Origin: an uncultured Prevotellaceae bacterium
GTDB lineage: Bacteria > Bacteroidota > Bacteroidia > Bacteroidales > UBA3663
Direction: 5' to 3'
DNA length: 64,000 nucleotides
NCBI GenBank assembly: GCA_964567855.1
Contig: CAZMOE010000008.1
Coordinates: 4,921 to 68,920 of the forward strand
Shown here: in pieces, positions 42,933 to 49,926 of the stretch
Position numbering within the stretch: the stretch's first letter is position 1
Layout of the letters: every line of letters begins with the position of its first letter
The notes under the pieces: generated by a model
The model's input: the letters and a program-made list of their open reading frames with translations, nothing else
What the model was told of the DNA's origin: nothing
The model's database searches: none
Made by a program: the position numbers and the translations under genes

Positions 42933-45710
42933 TCAACCTTTTCCCGCATCCTGGGCATATTCTGTCGGGCCTTTTCCAAATTCTTTTCTGAAGCATGAAG
43001 AGAAATACTTCGGATCATTATAACCTACGCGAACCGCCAACTCCACGATGCGAATATCCGGCTGCTCTTCCAGAATACGGGCCGCGGCCTTGAGGCGCAT
43101 GATCCGGACAAAGGAAAGCGGATTCATGCCCGACAATTCCTTCATGCGATTGTAAAGAGTGCTCCGGCTCATGGACATCTCCTCTGCAAAACGATTGACA
43201 TCGAAGTCCGCGTCAGACAAATGGAGGTTCACACATTCCGCAGCAGCCTGCAGGAAGCGTTTATCTTCATCCGCCGATCCGTCGACCGGCAACACGATAT
43301 CCAAAGAAAGATTTTTCCCGACAAAAGCCGCAGCCCGTTTCTGTCTGTGTCGGATCAAAAGAAAAATACCTGCTGCCAATGATAAAGCAATGACAAGCAC
43401 CAGTCCAAAAACTTTTATCCATAGGCCGAAAGCTCCTTTTATGGTCAATTCCAACTGTATCGGTGGCCCCCAAACTCCATTTTCATCCGTGGCCTTGAGT
43501 TCGAAGGTGTATGAACCGGCCGGCAAATCCGAGTATGCCGCTTTCCGATGGGCGGCATCGACATGACGCCACCCGTCATCGTATCCATGAAGACGGTAAG
43601 CGTATTGAATGATTTTCGGACGACGGAATTCAAGAGAGGCAAAGCATATCTCCGCACTGGTCTCGCCGATCTGGATATCGGTAAAGACCAATGGCGCGGC
43701 TGAAGACTGCGAAATCATATCGGAAGGGGAAAAATAGATCAGTCCTTTGCCACAACCGAAATACAGTATTCCATCATGGCGGCAGGAAGCATTCGGATAG
43801 AAAAAGTTATCGATCAAACCATCGGCGATAGTGAATACGCGCAAGCCAGTCGGTGTTCCCTCGGAAGAAAGGGATAAACGAACAAGCCCGGCGTTAGTTC
43901 CTATCCAAAGATTGCCGTAATCGTCCGCCTCAATACAAGCCGCCATATCACCGGGTAAATTATAATCGGAATGAACGGAATAAAATCGGTCGGCGACGGT
44001 ATCGTACCGGCAAAGCCCCCCGCCATCCATGCCGAGCCAAAAAGTACCATCCGATGTGCCGGTGAAAAAACAAAGGGGCATTCCTATGGGTAAACTGCCA
44101 TCGGTAAAACAATATTGCCGACAAACGATAGAATCCTGGGAGAACGCTCCTCCTGTTACTCTGATTACACCAAAGGCTGTGGTGGCCAACCACAGGGCCC
44201 CGTTTCGATCTTCTGCGATCGTAATGATCTCTGTAGAAAGTAAAGAGTCGAGACCAAATAATCTAAACTCCCGCCCATCGGCATAACGGACACCGAGACC
44301 ACGGTCCGTTCCGACCCACTGATTTCCGCAGTAATCTTCATGAAGAGCATAAACATGGTTACTGGGTAAAAAATCATCCGTTTCACGCCGATATGTCGCG
44401 ATTTTTCTACCATCGCGAACACGGATAATTCCCCATCCGACAAAAGGCACAAAAATTTCAGTGCCTGCACGATTCGAAGAAAGATGCTGGATATTTTGAG
44501 AATGACGGATCACCGAATACTCGCCATCTTTATAATATTCTAAATTTTTACCAACAGCGACGTAGCACCCGCCGGCACTATCGATACATATACTTTGCAC
44601 ATGTTCGGGTGCTGCAACGGCATTTCCTTGCAAATCCATCTTCCTAAAGAACAAATCGGGAGCCTTCTCGATAATAAAAATACCGTTTCCTCGCTCGGTA
44701 GAAATCCACAAACTGCCATTGCGGCTCATTGATAAGTCTGAAATATCCCTGATAGAAGGAACCGGACCATATAATGCATCTTCCGGTGCAGAAAATATTC
44801 CTTCCTTGTCCAGATTCATGCATAGCAGATTCTCCAAAGTCCCTATCCATAAAGTATGAGTAGCCGGATCCTCAGCTAAAGAGACGACAGGAACCGGAGA
44901 GGAAGAAACCGGCGGATTTTCAGGCGTTGTCAAATAACGCTCCACGATTTCCAATTGCCGATAAACGGAAGAGGTCTCTACTTTCAGCAATCCGCTGCCA
45001 TCGGTCGCCATCCACATGCCACCCCTACTATCTTCCAGAATATCAAGTACCGTTTCCCGGGAAGAAAAAGCCCGTTGCCGCACAAATTCTTTAGTGAATG
45101 GCGAATAACGGAATAAACCCTGCCGCCACGTACCGATCAATATATCTCCGCATTTATCTTCATAAATACTTTGGACATTCATCACCTCCGGAACCTCTTC
45201 TGCCAATTTTCCGGAAGAAAGCACAATCAGACTATCTCCTATGAAATCAAAACGAGCCAGTCGCCGGATAGTACCGACGTACAATTGTCCGGTGCGGGAA
45301 AAACACAGACTATTGACACGTTGCTTGTCGACATCAGGCAGTCGGTAATGCCGCACATGTTTGCGATTCCGGTCCAGTCGCAGCAGACCGTTCTGGGTTC
45401 CGATCCACAGATTCCTGGCAGAATCTTCGGCCAGACAGATGATATCATTGCTATACGCCGCAGACGGAACTTCTTCTATGGTCTTGAAAGGCCGTACCTC
45501 GTACCCGTCATAGCGGTAAAGGCCATAAAATGTCGCAATCCACATAAAACCTTCCGCATCCTGCAAGGTCTGACGCACCATCCCGTTCGGAAGACCCTCT
45601 GCTGTCGTAAACTGAGAGAAACGAAAAGTTGTATTCTCGGCCCCTCTTACACTAAGCAGGACCACAAAAAATATCATTACCCAAAAATAAATCCGGAAAT
45701 GCCGCCTCAT
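42933..45710 (-). CDS. membrane-tethered regulator: periplasmic two-component-regulator propeller repeats + Y_Y_Y domain + single TM + AraC-type HTH (no kinase or receiver domain)
   Basis: 925 aa with a signal/anchor N-terminus. Repeated ...G.LWIGT..GL..Y/F propeller blades. Y_Y_Y block IQYAYRLHGYDDGWRHV...GSYTFELKATDENGVW. TM helix LWIKVFGLVLVIALSLAAGIFLLI. About 35 aa later comes the AraC HTH (FAEEMSMSRSTLYNRMKELSGMNPLSFVRIMRLKAAA..., GYNDPKYFSSCFRKEFG). Confidence 0.8.
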   Translation of the reverse strand: MRRHFRIYFWVMIFFVVLLSVRGAENTTFRFSQFTTAEGLPNGMVRQTLQDAEGFMWIATFYGLYRYDGYEVRPFKTIEEVPSAAYSNDIICLAEDSARNLWIGTQNGLLRLDRNRKHVRHYRLPDVDKQRVNSLCFSRTGQLYVGTIRRLARFDFIGDSLIVLSSGKLAEEVPEVMNVQSIYEDKCGDILIGTWRQGLFRYSPFTKEFVRQRAFSSRETVLDILEDSRGGMWMATDGSGLLKVETSSVYRQLEIVERYLTTPENPPVSSSPVPVVSLAEDPATHTLWIGTLENLLCMNLDKEGIFSAPEDALYGPVPSIRDISDLSMSRNGSLWISTERGNGIFIIEKAPDLFFRKMDLQGNAVAAPEHVQSICIDSAGGCYVAVGKNLEYYKDGEYSVIRHSQNIQHLSSNRAGTEIFVPFVGWGIIRVRDGRKIATYRRETDDFLPSNHVYALHEDYCGNQWVGTDRGLGVRYADGREFRLFGLDSLLSTEIITIAEDRNGALWLATTAFGVIRVTGGAFSQDSIVCRQYCFTDGSLPIGMPLCFFTGTSDGTFWLGMDGGGLCRYDTVADRFYSVHSDYNLPGDMAACIEADDYGNLWIGTNAGLVRLSLSSEGTPTGLRVFTIADGLIDNFFYPNASCRHDGILYFGCGKGLIYFSPSDMISQSSAAPLVFTDIQIGETSAEICFASLEFRRPKIIQYAYRLHGYDDGWRHVDAAHRKAAYSDLPAGSYTFELKATDENGVWGPPIQLELTIKGAFGLWIKVFGLVLVIALSLAAGIFLLIRHRQKRAAAFVGKNLSLDIVLPVDGSADEDKRFLQAAAECVNLHLSDADFDVNRFAEEMSMSRSTLYNRMKELSGMNPLSFVRIMRLKAAARILEEQPDIRIVELAVRVGYNDPKYFSSCFRKEFGKGPTEYAQDAGKG

Positions 45711-45767
45711 ATAAAATTATTCCTTATCTGTGTTCATGATACACCTTTGACTGACAAAGATGCGGAA

Positions 45768-45775
45768 CAAAGATA
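45768..45775 (-). promoter_or_regulatory. sigma-A -7 motif (TAtcTTTG) for the propeller/AraC regulator
   Basis: The plus strand reads caaagata, 58 nt upstream of ATG 45710. Confidence 0.4.
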
Positions 45776-45915
45776 AGGATTAATTTAAATCCGGCTCTCC
45801 AAAATGCACAAAGTTGAAACATCACGATGCCGGAATAGTAAAAAATACGATGTATCCGAGAAAAAGCAGCGTTTAAAATCGAAGTTTTTCCTTCACCTCT
45901 TCTGAAAAAAGCCAG

Positions 45916-47214
45916 TCAAAGAATCGTGCCGATCAATTCATAAGGCTCGGCGGAAAGAATCTTTACATTGTAGAAAGAACCTGTTTCCAATGTACCTTCC
46001 GATGCCGGAATCAGAACCTCAGGATCGATCTCTGGAGAATCGAATTCCGTGCGGCCGACATAATAATCGCCATCTAAACGGTCTATAATGACACGCAAGG
46101 TCCGCCCCACTTTCTGTTCACCCACCGCCAATGATATTTCTTCCTGTGCAGCCATCAGTATATCGAGCCGCTGCTGCTTGATCTCGGCAGGAACATCATC
46201 AGCGTAGTTTTTAGCCGCATAAGTTCCATCTTCTTCCGAATAGGCAAAAGCTCCCATACGTTCGAAACGCTGTTGCCTGACAAAATCAAGCAATTCTGCA
46301 AATTCTTCATCGGTTTCACCAGGAAAACCGACCATCAAAGTCGTGCGGAGATGAATACCCGGCACCTCTTCACGAATCCGGGCAAGCAGTTTTTCGGTTT
46401 CTTCCCGGCTGACATGACGCAACATCCTCGTCAGGACACCATCCGCCACGTGTTGAAGGGCTATATCCAAATATTTACATACATTCGGATACTTGGCCAT
46501 GACCGGCAACAAATCGTAAGGGAAATGTGTCGGATAAGCATAATGCAAACGCAACCATTCGACACCGGGCAGCTGGGCCAAACGCTCTACCAGCTCAGCG
46601 ATATTATAACGGCCATAAAGGTCATGGCCATAACCCGTCAGGTCTTGAGCGATCAGCTGAAATTCATGAACTCCCTGGCTGACAAAACCCTCGACCTCGG
46701 ACACAATAGCCTCTATCGAGCGCGACTTATAATTTCCGGTAATCAATGGAATAGCACAATAGGCACAGCGACGATTGCAACCTTCGCCAATTTTAATATA
46801 TTCATAATGCGCAGGAGTAGTCTGAAAGCGGGAGGCCCTGAATGAATCATCCCACTTATGACCAAGATGCTCCACAATCTTTCGCCAATCGAATTTTCCA
46901 TAAAACGCATCCACTTCCGGAATTTCCGCCCTCAATTCTTCACGATAACGCTCCGAAAGACAGCCCATAACAAAAATCTTCCCGATACGACGACGTTTCT
47001 TTGCCTCGCAAAGTTCCAAGATCATGTTGACACTTTCTTCCTTGGCATCCCCTATAAAACCGCAGGTATTCACAATGACTATTTCTCCATGCACCTCTTC
47101 GGGATCATGGTACATCTTATATCCGCACGCGGCCAACTGCCCCATCAGACGTTCCGAATCGACTAAGTTCTTCGAACAGCCCAACGTGATCAAGTCTATT
47201 CTGTTTTTTATCAT
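45916..47214 (-). CDS. rimO: ribosomal protein S12 methylthiotransferase RimO
   Basis: 432 aa. UPF0004 N-domain (LITLGCSKNLVDSE, VNTCGF), radical-SAM CNRRCAYC and a C-terminal TRAM domain. It lies 29 nt downstream of ftsY. Confidence 0.88.
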   Translation of the reverse strand: MIKNRIDLITLGCSKNLVDSERLMGQLAACGYKMYHDPEEVHGEIVIVNTCGFIGDAKEESVNMILELCEAKKRRRIGKIFVMGCLSERYREELRAEIPEVDAFYGKFDWRKIVEHLGHKWDDSFRASRFQTTPAHYEYIKIGEGCNRRCAYCAIPLITGNYKSRSIEAIVSEVEGFVSQGVHEFQLIAQDLTGYGHDLYGRYNIAELVERLAQLPGVEWLRLHYAYPTHFPYDLLPVMAKYPNVCKYLDIALQHVADGVLTRMLRHVSREETEKLLARIREEVPGIHLRTTLMVGFPGETDEEFAELLDFVRQQRFERMGAFAYSEEDGTYAAKNYADDVPAEIKQQRLDILMAAQEEISLAVGEQKVGRTLRVIIDRLDGDYYVGRTEFDSPEIDPEVLIPASEGTLETGSFYNVKILSAEPYELIGTIL

Positions 47215-47243
47215 AAAACGGCTGAAATTCTAAATACTCCTAC

Positions 47244-48200
47244 TCACTTTCCAAAGAGAGAATCTACAAATGCACGATTATTAAAGACCTGAAGATCCTC
47301 CATTCCTTCACCGAGACCGATATAACGAACAGGTGTCTTCAACTGGTCACTGATGCCGATCACTACACCACCCTTGGCGGTACCGTCCAGCTTAGTGATG
47401 GCCAAAGCCGTGACATCCGTAACGGCAGCAAATTGTTTGGCCTGCTCAAAAGCGTTCTGACCGGTCGATCCGTCAAGCACGAGAAGCACTTCCGGTTCCG
47501 CATCGGGAATAACCTTGCCGATGACTTTCCTGATCTTTCCCAATTCATTCATCAGCCCGACTTTGTTATGAAGTCTTCCTGCCGTATCGATGATCACCAC
47601 ATCGGCGTTTTCCGAAACCGCATGGCTCACGGCGTCATAAGTCACCGAGGCAGGATCGCTACCCATCTGTTGTTTTACAACCGGAACGCCGACACGCTCG
47701 CCCCATATCTGCAACTGGTCTATTGCGGCAGCGCGGAAGGTATCTGCAGCCCCTAAGATCACTTTGTTGCCGGCTTTTTTGAACTGATAGGCCAATTTAC
47801 CGATCGTCGTTGTTTTTCCGACGCCATTCACACCCACTACAAGAATAACATAAGGGCGTTTCACACCGGCACGAACATTAAAACCCTCCAGTTCCTCGCG
47901 TTCATTCTCGGCCAGCAACGCACAGATCTCCTCGCGCAAAATGTTGTTCAATTCTGCTGTGCCAACATACTTATCGCGAGCCACGCGATCCTCAATACGC
48001 TTGATAATACGCAACGTTGTCTCGACGCCGACATCGGAAGTCACCAATATCTCTTCAAGATTATCCAGCACGTCGTCATCGACCTTGCTACGACCGGCAA
48101 TCGCATGAGCGATCTTGCCGAAAATGCTCTGCTTGGTCTTATCAAGGCCGTTGTCGAGCGTTTGCTTTTTCTCTTTGTTGAAAAAATTGAAAAATCCCAT
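47244..48200 (-). CDS. ftsY: signal recognition particle receptor FtsY
   Basis: SRP GTPase motifs GVNGVGKTTTIGKLA, DTAGR and TKLDGTAKGG. 318 aa. Confidence 0.95.
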   Translation of the reverse strand: MGFFNFFNKEKKQTLDNGLDKTKQSIFGKIAHAIAGRSKVDDDVLDNLEEILVTSDVGVETTLRIIKRIEDRVARDKYVGTAELNNILREEICALLAENEREELEGFNVRAGVKRPYVILVVGVNGVGKTTTIGKLAYQFKKAGNKVILGAADTFRAAAIDQLQIWGERVGVPVVKQQMGSDPASVTYDAVSHAVSENADVVIIDTAGRLHNKVGLMNELGKIRKVIGKVIPDAEPEVLLVLDGSTGQNAFEQAKQFAAVTDVTALAITKLDGTAKGGVVIGISDQLKTPVRYIGLGEGMEDLQVFNNRAFVDSLFGK

Positions 48201-48298
48201 TGTGATATCAATGAATTTGTTAACATTTCCGATCCCGGAGAAAACTCATCCGGAAGCAAATAGCTTCGCATTCCGGAAAGTGAACCCGATTCTAAAGG

Positions 48299-48306
48299 CA
48301 AAGATA
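48299..48306 (-). promoter_or_regulatory. sigma-A -7 motif (TAtcTTTG) for ftsY-rimO
   Basis: The plus strand reads caaagata, 99 nt upstream of ATG 48200. Confidence 0.4.
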
Positions 48307-48383
48307 CAAAAAAAATTGCAAGAGAAATATGTAACGGTCTCATTAGTTTACCGCCCGTGACGAAAATCGCCTCCAAAAACATC

Positions 48384-48418
48384 AAAGTGCAATGTTCATT
48401 TGATGAACATTGCACTTT
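48384..48418 (-). terminator. terminator of the rpmB-rpmG-DUF4295 operon
   Basis: aaagtgcaatgttcat ttg atgaacattgcacttt: perfect 16-bp stem. The minus strand continues GATGTTTTTGG. Confidence 0.75.
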
Positions 48419-48446
48419 TCATATCTTTAAAAGAATCTGAGACAAT

Positions 48447-48599
48447 TTATTTTGCCAAAGCCTCTTTCACTTTGTCATTCGGAACCATTTCCTCTTCGAA
48501 AATGTAAGCGCCGGTCTTTTCAGACTTGACCATACGGATAACTTTTGAGAAAGTACGACCTTCTCCCTTTTGCAATGATGCGACGGTTTTCTTTGCCAT
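48447..48599 (-). CDS. DUF4295 small protein (50 aa), absent from the supplied ORF track
   Basis: My translation is MAKKTVASLQKGEGRTFSKVIRMVKSEKTGAYIFEEEMVPNDKVKEALAK*. ATG at 48597-48599, stop at 48447-48449. It sits in the conserved Bacteroidetes position directly downstream of rpmG. Confidence 0.8.
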   Translation of the reverse strand: MAKKTVASLQKGEGRTFSKVIRMVKSEKTGAYIFEEEMVPNDKVKEALAK

Positions 48600-48617
48600 A
48601 GTTCAAATCCTCCGAAA

Positions 48618-48806
48618 TTATTTAATTTCCTTATGAAGTGTATATTTCTTGAGATAAGGATTGTATTTCTTCAACTCAAGACGTTCGGGCGTATTCTTGC
48701 GGTTCTTGGTTGTGATATAACGAGACATTCCCGGAACACCGCTTTCTTTCTGCTCAGTACATTCAAGGATTACCTGAATGCGGTTGCCTTTAACTTTCTT
48801 TGCCAT
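48618..48806 (-). CDS. rpmG: 50S ribosomal protein L33
   Basis: [50 protein letters not shown]..., 62 aa. Confidence 0.95.
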   Translation of the reverse strand: MAKKVKGNRIQVILECTEQKESGVPGMSRYITTKNRKNTPERLELKKYNPYLKKYTLHKEIK

Positions 48807-48829
48807 AGCTGCTTCTCTTTCTAATCAAA

Positions 48830-49060
48830 TTAATAGAGTACATAACCTGCATCTTTCAATGCGGCAGAAATACCCTTTTTGTTAATAGTACGCAGACCGG
48901 CAGTTGAGACCTTGAGATATACATAGTCATCTAACTCCGGAACATAAAATTTCTTCAACTGCAGGTTCACATTAAACAAACGCTTTGTCCGGCGCTTTGA
49001 GTGGGAAACATTGTTTCCGTGGCCTGCCTTCTTACCTGTGATCTGACAAATCCTAGACAT
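48830..49060 (-). CDS. rpmB: 50S ribosomal protein L28
   Basis: [34 protein letters not shown]..., 76 aa. Confidence 0.95.
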   Translation of the reverse strand: MSRICQITGKKAGHGNNVSHSKRRTKRLFNVNLQLKKFYVPELDDYVYLKVSTAGLRTINKKGISAALKDAGYVLY

Positions 49061-49212
49061 TGTTTATATATATTTGTTTATTTGCTTGTTTTCAGTCTCC
49101 GCTATTTTTCCTTTCCGACGGACTGCATCAAACCGTCATCGAGAGCGCATAACATCGACACCTTTAAAACGGAGCGCAAAATAACTATTTTTTTTGCAAA
49201 CTTCCAAATGTA

Positions 49213-49710
49213 TTAATCTTTTTTTTGCGATTCCTCCTGAATAAACGAGCTCATTTGAGATAAAGCGACATCTGCAGCTTGCAAAATCACCATCTCCCTA
49301 TCGCCTGTAAAAAGATGTTTCCGGGCAACGGATTTCCCCTTATAATAGGCTGCAATCCAGACCGTCCCGACCGGATTCCCGACACAACCTCCGGCAGGCC
49401 CCGCCACACCGGTAGTAGCCACCGCACAATCGGCATCCAACAGGGCCGCCACCTTTTCGGCCATCTGCCGTGCTACCGATTCCGACACCACGCCGGCCGA
49501 AACGTCCACTCCTAACAACCGGGTCTTCACCTCCACGGCATAAGAGACCACGCCGCCCTTAAAATAGGCAGAAGATCCGGCCACGGCGGTCATCATAGAG
49601 GCGATAGTTCCTCCCGTACAACTCTCGGCCGCCGCCATGGTCAACCCTGATTCCTTCAGGAGACAGCCGAGGCGCTCTCCCCATTTTGAAAACCGCCGGA
49701 CGGCCGACAT
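49213..49710 (-). CDS. CinA-family nicotinamide-nucleotide amidohydrolase (PncC-like) domain protein
   Basis: Core motif LTMAAAESCTGGTIASMMTAVAGSSAYFKGGVVSYA. I prefer start ATG 49710 (MSAVRRF...), because a -7 promoter motif lies at 49752-49759, inside the longer track ORF that begins at 49770. Confidence 0.8.
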   Translation of the reverse strand: MSAVRRFSKWGERLGCLLKESGLTMAAAESCTGGTIASMMTAVAGSSAYFKGGVVSYAVEVKTRLLGVDVSAGVVSESVARQMAEKVAALLDADCAVATTGVAGPAGGCVGNPVGTVWIAAYYKGKSVARKHLFTGDREMVILQAADVALSQMSSFIQEESQKKD

Positions 49711-49751
49711 ATCCGTTCCAATCATACTCATAAAAACAAAAAAACCGGCTG

Positions 49752-49759
49752 CAAAGATA
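49752..49759 (-). promoter_or_regulatory. sigma-A -7 motif (TAtcTTTG) for the cinA-like gene
   Basis: The plus strand reads caaagata, 42 nt upstream of ATG 49710. Confidence 0.4.
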
Positions 49760-49913
49760 ATATTTTTCATCCTCTCGCCTCAAAAGTCTTCCGACAAAAC
49801 CGCAATATAGAGACATTTTACTATTTTTCACATCAAATCTGTCACAAAGAAAGACTTCCGCCCCGAAAAATATGTTATAACCGGTAGAACCCTCAATATT
49901 TCCGTTTTTTTCG

Positions 49914-49921
49914 TACATTTG
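49914..49921 (+). promoter_or_regulatory. sigma-A -7 motif (TAcaTTTG) only 5 nt before the start codon of 49927-52155
   Basis: tacatttg ccgca ATG. The spacing predicts a transcription start at or within a nucleotide or two of the ATG. Confidence 0.35.
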
Positions 49922-49926
49922 CCGCA

